A stretch of DNA of 64,000 nucleotides from an uncultured Planctomycetaceae bacterium (lineage in GTDB: Bacteria; Planctomycetota; Planctomycetia; Pirellulales; PALSA-1355): NCBI GenBank assembly GCA_963785305.1, contig CAWAUV010000008.1, positions 256,001 through 320,000 on the forward strand. Reading direction: 5' to 3'. The first letter of the stretch is position 1. Every line of letters begins with the position of its first letter. This document shows, piece by piece, positions 51,801 to 64,000 of the stretch. The notes under the pieces are model-generated. The model saw only the letters and a program-made list of their open reading frames with translations. It made no database searches and had not been told where the DNA came from. The position numbers and the translations under genes were made by a program.

Positions 51801-54800
51801 AGCACCGACCAAGCCACCAATCCCGCCACGCTCGACTCGCAGTCGAGTCAGACGCTGCCGTCAGTGGCCAGCGACTCCTCCGGCAACTATGTGACGGTCT
51901 GGTATGGCGACGGCGCCATTTGGCGGCAACTCTTCTCGAACACCGGCGCCGCGATCGGCGGCAATTTCCAAGTCAGCGCCCCGGCGCGAACATCGACGGC
52001 GCCTCGAAGCCGGTCGTGGCAAGCGCGGCCAACGGCGATTTTGTCGTGGCCTGGGCTCAGGCGGATGCGTCGGGCAACGACTCCGTGTGGGCCCAGATGT
52101 ACAACGCCGACGGCACGACTTCCCGCGCCGCTTTCGAGGCGAGTCCGACCGGCGTCATCGCCTCCGAGCCGTCGGTGGCCATGAACGCCAGCGGACAATT
52201 CGTCATTGCGTGGTGCGACAACGATACATCCGGCAGTCCTGGCGTTTACTATCAAACGTACTCCGCGGTCGGCGTCGCGACCGGAACTGTGGAGCAGGCT
52301 TGTGGGTTTGGCTCCAGCGAACCATCGGTCGGCATGGGATCCGACGGCTCATTCGTGATTGCCTGGAATTGGTCCTCGCAGATATATGGCTTGTATCTCG
52401 ATAGCAACGGGTTGGCTCAAGGTCCGGCGTTCCTGGTCGGCAGTTCCGGCGACACCGGCAACTATCCGGCGGTGGGCGTGGGCGCCAATGGCCAGTTTGC
52501 CATCGGTTGGACCAGTTCCGACGATAACTCGGTTCGTGTGCGAACCTACGACGTCGATGGGGCCCCCATCGAATCCGCGCCGCTGGTCATCGATCGCGCG
52601 CCGGGCGATGCCAGCACACGGCAAACTCTAGGGGTCGGTGTAGATGCGACCGGTTATGCGCTCATCACTTGGTACGACGCCGGCATCGACTACCCTCTAG
52701 GAACCGAAGGGCAGCTTATCGATCCGAACGGCGAACTCGATGGCTCCGCTTTCTGGCTGGACCAGATCGATCAGAATACGCTTGATCAGGCAACGGGCTA
52801 CGGAGGGTTTGTCAACGGCGGCGGCGGCGCGGCGGTGGCCAGCGGCGTCGTGGAGGACTTCGATCTTGCCTGGACACATCCCACCTGGGATGGCCAATCG
52901 CAGCAGATATTCACGGACCCGTACACGATTCAAGAACCCCCGCAGCTTGTCGCTTCGACTCAGCCGGTCGCCCCCTTGATGGTCGCTCCAGGCGACACGG
53001 CCGCGAGCATCGACGTGGGCGGTGATTTCACCGATCCAAGCGGATCGTCGCTTACGTACTCGGTTGAATCGGATGACAACACGAGCTTGATTACCGGCGC
53101 AACATTCACCGGTAGCACACTCAGCCTGACTTTGGCGGCGGGCGCGCCAGGCGTCGCCCACCTCGACATTCGCGCCATGGATTCTGCCGGGCTTTTTGTC
53201 GACATGCCGTTAACGTTGCTCGTGAGCGACTTCGTGCATCTCGCTCCCGTGGGTTATTCGCAGACCATTCCGCGCTCGGCGGCGTCAAACCCGGGCATGC
53301 TCGTCAGCAGCCTGGTCGCCCATGAGTCCGTGCCGACCGGCGATGGGCAAGGAATCGCAATTACGGCGGTCAACTCCGCCGACGGCATCGTGCAGTACAC
53401 GCTCGACGGCAATACGTGGCAAAGTGTCGGCAGCGTGTCGAATTCCAACGCCTTGCTGTTGCCGGCCGACGGTGTCACCGCGATCCGGTTCGTCGCCAAT
53501 AGCGGGTTTATCGGAACTGTCGCCGACACGGTGACTTTCCGCGGCTGGGATCAGACGGGCGGCGGCGCTGGCGCGTATGCCGACACAACTACGAACGGGG
53601 GATCCTCGCCGTTCAGCGTGGCCGTCGATAAAGTCACCTTCTCTGTTTCCCCCATGGTCGGCGCCCCGACCACGGAACCCTCCGTGGATTACTTGGGCAA
53701 CGGGGTCAAGGCAACTTTGGCATACGACGCCCAGGGAAACTATGTGCTTGTTTGGACCGGCCAGCCCTTCGCGAGTGCGGGCGTCTACGTGCAACGATTC
53801 AAGGCCGATGGCACGCCGATCGACTCGTCCCCGATCTGCATCAGCGGACAAGATAACATCAATCCTGATTACTTCAGTGTGTCGGCGGCGATGACGGCCG
53901 ATGGCAGTTTTGTCGTCGTGTGGAGTTATCGCAATGATTCTCAGTATCAATATCAAGTCGCGGGCCGAATTTTCGACGCGACGACGGATAGTTTTGGACC
54001 GATTTTTAGCCTTGGCGATCCCACTCGCGAAAACATCAATGCTGTGGTTAGCATCTTGCCGAGTGGGGCCTTCAGCGTTACCTACACCGACGATCAATAC
54101 AACTGGGAAAACCAGACCGATGTGATGTTGGTAACCTCCACTCCCAATTGGGTGAGCACGCAAGCACCCACCCTTGGCGCTCTTACGCAACTGTATTGGG
54201 GCAACGGCGGCCAGCAAAGCACCGCGGGCTCACAGGGGCAAGCAATTGCTTACGATAACCAGTTCGGAGACATTTGGGTCACTCTCCTCGACGCCAACGG
54301 AAACCTGATTGGCTCCGGCCCGATCCAACTTACCCCATCCGGAGTTATCTGCCAAAATGCTTCGGCGGTGATGGAGCCCGATGGAACCACGATCGTCGCC
54401 TGGCAGGCGTTCGACAGCGGCGGCAACTTCATCGGCCTCGAAGCCACGACGATCTCATCGAGCGGAGTGCCCAGCGGAAACATCGACACCATCGCCACTG
54501 GCTCGGGCGTTTCCAGCGCCTCGATGGCGATCGATCCGACCACCGGCCAGTTGATGGTGGCTTGGCAGCAAGCGGACGCCGCCGGTGGTTACGACATGAT
54601 GGCCCAGTTCTACACGCCCGACGACTCCGGCTTGGGCACACCGCTGTTGGCGACGCCGCAAGTCGTGGTGGACAATTCGAGCGGCGTCGAGAGCTTTGCC
54701 GCGTCGGCCTCCAGCGTCGGAATCTTCGGCTTGACTTGGTCGACCGCCTCGCAAGTGTATTTCCAACGATTTCAGTTTGACCAGCCGCTCACGGCGAACA

Positions 54801-57800
54801 GCGTGGCGGCGATCGACATGGTCGAAAATGCTTCGCAGTCGACGGACCTATCCCAATACTTCAACGACCTCGATACCTCGGCCGGCGATCAGTTGACATA
54901 CAGCGTCGTGAGCAATAGCGTCGCATCGAGCCAACTCTCGGCGGCGATTAGCGGCGATCAATTGGCGTTGACCGCACAGAGCGGCTATACGGGCACGGCA
55001 ATCATCTTCGTCCGAGCCACCGACTCCGCCGGTAATTTCATCGATGCGATGGTCGACGTCGACATCGACCAAGTGACGCTCGCTGCCAGCCAGCCCAGCG
55101 AAACACTCGGCCGCAACGAAGCCGCCAGAACGACGCTTAACCAAGGCGTGACCATCGACAGCTTGGTGAGCGGAGAAGGCGTGATGGTCGGACACGGCCA
55201 GGGCATCGCCATTACCGGCGCCGATCTCGCGCATGGCCAAGTTCAATACAGCACCGATGGTGGCGCCAGTTGGACCGACGTTCCGGCCGTTTCACCGACG
55301 AACGCCTTCCTGCTGCCCGCGGATGGCGGTGGTCAAAACCTCGTCCGGTATTTGACCTCGGATGCATATCTCGGCACGATTTCCGACGCGATCACCTACT
55401 GCGGCTGGGATCAAAGCTCCGGTTCCGCCGAAAGCACGGCGAACGCGGCGGTGGGCGGCGGTCAAAGCGCATTCAGCTCGGGAACGAATCAGCTTTCCAT
55501 CATGATCACGCCCGCCGTAGGCACGGTCGCGAGCCAGACCACCAACATCGGCAATTGGACGGTTGGGGTCGCTTCGGCCTCGGATGACGCTGGAAATTAC
55601 GTGCTCGCGTGGGATGGCGTCGGCGCCGAAGGGTACGGCGTTTACGCCCGGCGATTTGCGGCGAATGGAACGCCGATCGACAGCCAGCCCGTCTTTGTCT
55701 GCGGCGCCGCGGCGCAAAGTTATACATACGTCGAAAAGCCCAGCGTGGTCATGGATGCGAACGGTAATTACATGATCGCATGGAGCGCGATGACCACGTA
55801 CGTTGGAGCAGTCGTGGGCGTTCGGGCGTTCGACGCGTCGATCGGTCAGTTCAGCGAGATAGCCACTCTTGGCAGCAGCGTCGCCAGCAATGTTTCGGCC
55901 GCGATTCTTTCAAACGGCGCCGCCGAACTCACTTGGCTAAACTCGGGACTAGTGTATGTCGTCTCGCAGGATTCTGAAGGATGGGCCGCTCAATCCACGC
56001 TCGCCTTCAGTGCCCCGGTCGCCGAGTCGTCTTCGTACTGGCACGGCGGTGATCCGTCGTTGGCCGCGGGCGCTGGTGGCGACGCCGCCATTGTCTGGAC
56101 GGTTGGCGTCATGGAAAACGCGTTCGTCGACGCCAATGATAGCCTGCTGCAACCAGCCGATCCGGGCTGGACCGGCGACGGCCCCGCGGGCCAATATGCC
56201 TACGATCCGGTCGTCGCTGCCCTCACCGCCGGCCCATACGCCGGCGATTACCTCGCCGTGTATCAAGGTTCCGGCATCACCGGCGTCGCGCTAGGCATCC
56301 AAGCCCAAATTTATGACCCGTCGGGCAACATGATCGGTGGCCCGATCACAATCGATCCAAACGCGAATGACACGCTCCCTTCGGTCGCGGTTGACGCCGC
56401 CGGCAACGTCATGATCGGTTGGGCAAGCCAAGATTCCTCGAGCGTTCCGATCATTTGTACGGCGTTTTTCGATTCGGGCCTGGACCCGATCCTCCCGACG
56501 CAAATCGCCGCCACCGTGCCCGTCGGACAAACCCTGGTCAGCACTTCGATAACCGCTACCGACCCGAGCGGCGGCTTCCTCGTGGCCTGGACGACAAGCA
56601 ACTCAGGAAATACGCAATCGACTATCTACAGCCAGCAGTTCTTGCTCAACGAAGCGCCAGTCGCCATGTCGATCCCGGCGCCAAGCGTCTCCGTTTCGGA
56701 AAACGCGTTGCCCGACGATTCCATCGATCTGTCTAGCTATTTCTCCAATCCCAACCACGGAGACACGTTGACCTATTCGGTCGTGGACAATACGAGCGCG
56801 ACTCTTGTCCAGCCTGTGATCGATGGCTCGCAACTCATATTGCACTTCGGCGCGATGCAATTCGGCAGTGGGACAATCACCATCGCTGCGACAAATTCCG
56901 AAGGCGTCGCGGCGGCCCAAACCCTCGCCATTCCGGTCACCGTCGCCGCTCCGCCGCCCAGCCTCGCCTCGATCAACGATCAATCCGTCCTCGAAGGCGA
57001 CACGGTTTCGTTCACCGCCTTGGCAAGCGATCAATCCACCTCGGATACGCTTGAATACAACCTCGTTGCCAATCCCAGCGATCTGCTCCCATCTCCGGCG
57101 GGCGCCACGATCGGTCCCAGCACCGGCGCATTCAGTTGGAGTTCCATCGGCGACGCTCCGGGCGTGTGCTACTTCACCGTCCAGGTAACGGACGAAAGCA
57201 CCCTGCTCACCGCCACCCAAACCTTCAAAATCACCGTCGATCAACCGACATTCTCGTCAGGCTCGAACATCTCGGTCATTGCCGGCGACCAGCCGCGCAC
57301 GTTCACCGGCTGGGCCACGGGCCTCCCGCAACTCCCCGCCGGATCGACGCTCTCCTTCGACGTCGCCAACGACACGAATTCGCTGTTCTCCGTGCCGCCG
57401 GCCATCAGTTCAAACGGCACGCTCACATTCACGCCGAAAGGCAGTTCCACCGGCTCGGCCAACGTCACCGCGACCCTCGTCTACGATGGACAGGACTACG
57501 GCTCGACGACGTTCTCGATCTCTTTGTTTACAAGCGACGGCCAAACTCAAGTCGACGAGCCGCCCGTGGCTGTGGAACAATCATATGCAGTCGACGAAGG
57601 CGCCTCGCTCGTTGTGCCGACGGCTCAAGGCCTTCTAGTGGGCGCCAGCGACAGTTCGGGCATCGCGCTGTCGGCGAGCCTCGTCGCCGGTCCCGCCGAA
57701 GGAACACTAACTCTCGACTCCAACGGCGACGGCGGATTTACTTACGATCCACCCGGCGACTTCACGGGCTCGGCAACATTCACCTACAGCGTGAGCGATA

Positions 57801-60800
57801 GCGAGGCCACGAGCGCGCCAGCGACAGTGACGATCGAAGTCGACGGCGCCCCGGTGGCAAACAACGCGGCCTACAGCACCGCCGGCCTCGCCGCGGGCGC
57901 CGCCTTGATTGTCCCGGCCGCGCAAGGCTTGCTTTTGAGCTCCCAAGCCCAGGCCGGCCAAACCCTGACCGCTTCGCTCTCAGGCGCTGGCCCGCAATAT
58001 GGAGCCGTGACCTTCGACGCCAACGGCGACGGCGGCTTCACCTACACACCGGGCTCCGATTACACCAACTCCGACAGCTTCCAATACACCGTTACCGATG
58101 GCGCCCTCACCTCCGCCCCAGCCACAGTGACGATTAACGACGACACGCCGGTCGCCGCCATACCCCAGCCAGACATCAATGTCGGCGCAGGCGGAGGTCT
58201 CCCGACGATAGACTTAACGAGCCTGTTCTCCGGCGGATCCGGCGCGGCGCTCGTGTACGCCGTCACGAGCAACGATAATCCAGGCCTCATTGCAACATCG
58301 ATTTCCGATGGCGAGTTGATGCTCGCATACAACTCAAACGCCACAACGGGTGATGCTCCGCCCACGGGCACGGCCAATTTGACGGTGACGGCGACCGATC
58401 CCACGACAGGATTGTCGGCGAATGTCGGCTTCGCGGTGAATGTCGGCGTGGCGCTCGAATCGCCAATTCTCGAGAACGGCGGAATTCCGGATCAAACGGC
58501 CGTCGAAAACAGCGGCAATAATGCGTCGCTCGATGTTTCACCCTATTTCAGCGCTGTCGGAGGCAACGATTCCACGAACACGACCTACACGGTAATCGAA
58601 GTTTCAAACCCCTCTCTCTTCAGCCCGACGCCTAGTTTCAATGGAGGCGGCTCGCTGCTCTACTTCAACTGGGCGCAGAATATAACGGGCAGCTCGCAGA
58701 TCGTGGTGCAGGCTTCGAATTCAGCGGGCTCGGTGACTTCGACTTTTACCGCCACCATTACATCCGCAGCGGCGCAGATCACCTCGTTGGGCTTGACGAA
58801 CGTGACGGGGACTACGTCGACCGATACGACAGATCCAACATTGGCGGGCGCGATCGACACCTTCGGTAGTTCCGATGACTTCGATGTGCAATTCGCATTC
58901 AACTGCGATGACAATCCCGACCAGAGCGTGGGGGTCGATGGCAGCGGATCGTTCACGTATACGCCGGTCGGACTCGCGCCGGGCGCCGTTGCCGTGGCCG
59001 CCCGAGCGGTCGATGAAGAAACAGGTGTTGCCGGCTCCTGGACATCGATGACCTTTACGCTCGACAGCGACTCGGGACCGACGATCGAAAGCTTGTCCCT
59101 CGTGAACAATTTGGGAACCGACTCTTCGCCGGCAGCCATCGATCCGACCATCGCCGGGCTGTTCTCGGGTAACTATTCGCTGGCCGACGAAGAAGTTCAG
59201 TTCGACACCAATGACGACGGCGTGCCCGACGACACGGTTTATACCGACTCGAACGGTTCATTCACCTACACGCCGCAAGGCTTGACGCCCGGTTCGGTCA
59301 CGATCCAAGCCCGTGGCGTCGTCTGGGACGATCAGGCGAACGAATTCCTCGACGGCCCTTGGACTAGCCTCACCTTCGAGTATGAGAGCGCTCCGGGCCC
59401 GACGGTCTCGAATTTGGCGCTCGCCAACCCGACCGGCGACTCGCCGACGCTGACCGCTTCGGATCCGACCCTGACAGGAACCATCACGGATGCGAACGGC
59501 CCGGTCGCTAATGCCAGCGTGGAATTCGATTACAACGGCGACGGCAACGCCGATGCCACGGTGGACACGAACGGCCAGGGCCAGTTTACGTTCACGCCGG
59601 TGGGGCTGCGGCCCGGCCAAGTAACGATCGAGGCGCGAGGCGGAGAGTGGAACGCCCAGTATCAGCAATATGCGTACGGCGCGTGGCAATCGTTGTCGTT
59701 CACCTATCAACCCACGAATCCGGCCGGCGTTACCACGTCGCCCGACACTGGCGCGGGCGCCGCATCGGCGGCGCAAGCGGTCGCCAACATGCAATCCGAT
59801 TACTGGCAGTCCGTCGATGCCGGACTGGGCGCCGTCGACGCCGCCTTGGGCGTTTCGTTCATGAACGGCAGCTATAACGTCGGAATCGGGGCCTATAACC
59901 CCGATTGGAACCTGACGGGAAACACGATCAATCAGCCCGGCCAATACGATGCGCAAAGCGGCGCTATCGACGATCTTTCGAAAACAGACCAGTCGGGAGG
60001 GCCGTTGTCGCTCGGTTACGGCGCAACTCCGACGAACGCCTCGGTATCGCAAACCGTAAATCTCTCGCAGTCGGTCAACGTCAGCGGCGCCGATAATCTC
60101 AACGGAAGCTACACGCTCACCGGACCGGGCACGGTCGATTTCGTCGAAACGGTCGATCAAGCAAACGGCACGTTCACCATCAACAGCAACTTCGCGCTCA
60201 GCTTTACACGCGTTGAAATCACGACCGAGGGCTATTACGACGGCGCGTCGTACGAGTCCGACAGCTACAGCCTCACCGAAATCGGCTTCGTCGACTTCTC
60301 GTTCAGCGCCTCGGGTTCGTACACGCCGGCTGACGAAGACGGCGCCACCATCAGCGGCGTCTATGGTGTCGCCTACGAAGGCGGATACACTTGCGACGAT
60401 CCGAGCCAGTCCAACTATTCCGCGAATGGCGACGCCGGCGGCAACACGGGCGACGAGGCCATGACATATGGCTTCTCGCGCGATGAAACTTCGGGCTCTT
60501 TCTACGCCAATCCCAGCAACATCAGTGTCGGCGCCGTGATCCAGCAAACGGAGAACGACAACTATTACCAATCGAGCGGCGGGACCTACGATTATTCCCA
60601 AGCCCAGGGCGCCGGAACCGTGTCGGGCTCCGGTGGTTCGCAGTCCAATACGTTCGCATACTCCGCCTCGCAATATGAACTGGGGACTTATCTCTCGGCG
60701 CCGTTGTTGGCGGAAACAACCGTCGATACATATATCCGAAACGCAAATGGCTCGTCGGTCTCCTCCAACACCCAGACCAGCGGCTCCTTCAGCGGCGACG

Positions 60801-63800
60801 ACGCCGACGGGAGCAGCCAAGGAACGCAGTCGACTTCAGTCGGATCCTCGATCAGCTATTCGCACTTCGAGTCGGGGGAATACGACGTCAACAGCGCCGG
60901 GCTCGCGGCCGAAATCGCATTGTTCCAGGATTCCCAGCAAGGCGGCAGCGCTTCATCCACTCACGACAACACCAGCGGCTACTACAACGACGGACAAAAC
61001 TATGGTTCGACCGACACCACGTCGGATCTCGATTCCTCCCAAGGATACGACGACAGTGTCACGGGCAACTATGTCTTCAGCCCGGCGGGAATGAGCGTCA
61101 CCGGCTCTCACTTCTTGAACCAAGCGTCCAACGACCAGAACTATAACCTCGTGGACACCGGCTCGCTGACCGGCGACCAATCGTCGACCACTTACAGCGT
61201 CAGCGAAACGCTGCTCAATTCCGGATCGACCACCGACGAGGGCAGCTTCGTCAACGCCGATGTCCAAGGCTCCGAGTCCGTTTCGCAAAGCCAATTCGTC
61301 AGCGACATCTCCAACGAGTCTGGGTACCAGGGCAGCGCGACGTACGCCGCCAACGAAGATTCGGACTCGTCGGTCGACTTCTCGAGTTCCGGCGCCTTCA
61401 CGGTTGGGGCCGCCGGTTTAAGCAGCAACGGCAGCTATTCCACGGACCAACTGACGCACGATTCCACGATCTCCGACGAGACCCAAGGCTTCCAAGAGGC
61501 GTCCGCGTCCGGAACACTGACCAGCTCCGTTTCGCAAAGCGATTCGAACAGCTATCACGAATCCGGAAATTACGATGCCGGCCCGGGGTTGTCCGTCCAA
61601 GGCGAGGGGTTCTATAACGACGCCGACCGATCTATTTCCACCGATATCGAAGGCGACTCGGGCGTTAGTTACGCCAATGTCGGCGACTTGAGCTCGACCA
61701 CGAACTTTATCACCGGATCGAGCACGAGCGCCAGCGCCACCACGAACACCAACGGCGAGTTCGATGGAGCGGGCGACGACTCCGGATCGATCGTGGAGAG
61801 CGACGTCGAGAACGAAGCCGATTGGTCGGGCGAAAGCGGCGATGAGTCGGGCTACTCGGGCGACGATTGGACCAGCCAGAATTACACCGAAAGCTCGGGC
61901 GGCAATTCCACCGGCAAATCCTCGCAGTCAAGCACCTTCACGAACAGCGCCGATGGTGGCCAGACCTCGAGCGGAAGTTTCAGCCAATTCGAGAGCGATT
62001 TCGAGTCCGGCAGCCTGTCTTCCTCGGAAACTTATACCGATTATGGAGACGACTTCGGCGGCTCCGACACGGAGACCGACCAGGGCACGGACTCCTCCTC
62101 GAATTCCGCCAGTGGACTCTTCTCGGTCACGAATGGTTCCTCGTATGCCAGCGCCTCTTTCACGAGTTCGGACTCCGAAACCGACAACGATTCCACCAAC
62201 GACTCGGGAGTCTACACCGACACGCTCGGCGGAAACTATTACGACAACACGGACGTCGCGTCCAGCGAGAACTACGGCGGCTCGGGCACGTACTCGAGCA
62301 ATCCGAGCGGCACGACGACAAGCACCAGCTACAAGGAATCGTCGAACGAAACCGGGAATAATGTTTCATATGACCTGAGAGGCTACAGCAACACCGCTGA
62401 GTTCGGCACGCTTACCGACTACGCCAGCGTTTCGTCGTCGAACAGCTACAGCGAGAGTGGCTACACCATCACGGGACCAAGCTCCGTCACCACGGTGGCC
62501 ACTTTCACCAACATTCAAAACGATAGCGCCGTCAATTCGGACGACGACGAGGGAACCTACGCCGCCAATTACAGCCGCACCGGCGACTTCAGCAACGGCT
62601 TGAATGGGGTGGAACAGGATTCGATCACCGAGAGCGGCTCGAAAGACGTGAACAGCGCCGGCGCCTCCACGTCGGCCGTCTCGACCACCGACGAAAACGA
62701 CCAAGAATTCGACACCTTCACGGCCAATTACCAATACGGCTTATCCGCCGGCGGGCTTCCCACCGCCGGAACCTATTTCACCATCGAGACTGAAGTCTCG
62801 GCCAGCAGCGTGCATGCCAGCACCACCGCGGTCGCCAACCGCGACGGCTCTTCCTCGGCTTGGGGCAACGAAACCCTCACCAGCAGCGACGACACTTCCG
62901 ACGATTACACGGATTCCGGCTCCTCTGTGTCCGGAACCGGCACGCTAAGCGCCTATTACAGCGACTTCGACACCAACGGCTGGGACAAAAATAATCAGTC
63001 CAGTTCCTTCGAGGGTCCGACCTCGCAGTGGGCCACCTATGACGCGAATCACGCGCTGCGGACCGGCTACTCGACCAGCGGCTCGTTCTCGCTCACCGAC
63101 GATGAGAACTACGGCGACCATGAAAACGAAACCGTGGGCTACTTCTCGGCGGCCCCCAATGGTGGCACGAGCTACGGCGTCGAGGAAACCAGCGATTCCA
63201 CCGCTGGCGAAATCAGCTCCAGCCAGGGCGGCTCATATTCGCAGTTCGGGCCCGGCGCCCGCGATCTGAGCGGGTCGTTCAGCAACAGCCAAAGCGTCGA
63301 AGTCGAGAGCGACAGCGACGATTCGGGCGTGCTCCTCGGCGCTTCCGTGAGCGCAAATTACTCCGAAACCCAAACGCTCGCCTCGACCACGTTCGATTCC
63401 TCGCACGGGCCCTTCGCCCAGTACGCGAGTTCCAGCGCGCCTGGCGGCGTCTATTCTTCGACCTCGGCCACTTATAATCACAACGACAGCGGCTCGTATT
63501 CCTCCAGCTATAGCGAGTCGGGCTTGAACACGACGCTCGACGACCCGACCTCGACGACCGCCACGTCACTTGGGATGCCCGCCGATTACGATGCTCCCGC
63601 CTTTTCGGCCGGAGCAATCAGCACGAGCTACACGGACCAAAGCTCGACCTGGGGCACGCATCTTTATGCCGAAAACGGCCAGCGGCAGATTGTCAACGGG
63701 CAGACGCTTTCCTCGAGCGCCACGTTCAACGAGAACGACGCCAACCACGCCCGCTCGAAGCAGACGACCAGCTTCTCGCTCAGCGCCGACGCGATCGGCT

Positions 63801-64000
63801 TGAACTCGGCGACCGGCTCGTTCACCAATAGCGACGACAATTCGTATTCGGCCAACGGCGCCGTCACATCGTCGTTCACGCCGGCGAGCGGTGGCGGCGC
63901 CGCGGCGACCGGCTCGTACCAGAGCGTGAGCTTCACAAATTCCGACAACCCGAGCCAGCAGTACTCGGGCGCCGATCACTCCAGCCAGGACCAGGGCGAG
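48834..64000 (+). CDS. Giant secreted surface protein (>5000 aa): planctomycete export motif, Ig/cadherin-like, He_PIG and Big-like repeats, propeller-like VVAW repeats, acidic Ser/Thr-rich region; frameshift ~51985; runs off window
   Basis: RRHQIESLEVRQFL motif; GASIDPNSGQFTW; DGGFTY repeats. After 51992 frame +2 reads as the same protein; the ORF track lists no closed frame +2 ORF from there to 64000, consistent with no stop. Confidence 0.88.

Noticed and set aside
895..52000. Frequent frameshifts (oxidoreductase, pepF, hpnD, floA, recombinase, TPR-GT, giant gene, toxins) as programmed frameshifting or mass pseudogenisation
   Set aside because: They hit conserved housekeeping genes at random without shared slippery motifs; long-read indel error is the simpler explanation. 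Indels inside cassettes therefore cannot be taken as decay without read polishing.
52185..64000. The many short ORFs and 59258..60820(-) listed in this region
   Set aside because: Shadows of the uninterrupted frame +2 giant ORF, which the track omits because it has no stop within the window.

Overview
GC-rich bacterial DNA, most likely Planctomycetota (LEPR-type export motif, TIGR03009-like protein, planctomycete-type REPs). Many genes carry single-base indels typical of long-read assembly error. (1) 1-16.8 kb is core genome: Gfo/Idh/MocA oxidoreductase, pepF, rsmH, hpnD/hpnC, ispH, BON protein, nfeD-nfeD-floA operon, a beta-hydroxyacid dehydrogenase and tRNA-Leu(TAG). (2) 16.9-41.3 kb is an island starting just after the tRNA. 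It holds an array of five 5'-truncated polymorphic toxin/immunity cassettes that share an Ala-rich pre-toxin domain in two allelic families (A/B/C and D/E). Their tips differ: Hint plus BECR-like RNase, MPTase4-like peptidase, Hint plus unknown, Ntox43-like, and ART-like with a tandem-S1 partner. Every cassette is delimited by a structured element beginning TGTCCCTCCCGAAAAC (8 copies), which in two copies continues into the 3' end of an rve transposase. The array is followed by a catalytic-domain-only tyrosine recombinase, a HARE-HTH gene, an AbrB/Doc TA pair, gene remnants and a DUF2924/large serine recombinase module. (3) 41.6-64 kb holds glycosyltransferases (GT-B, a large TPR-GT-TPR-GT fusion, DUF6165) beside a gene for a giant (>5000 aa) secreted protein that runs off the window end and is the candidate full-length carrier for the cassettes. 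Family assignments come from motif recognition by eye; no searches were run.
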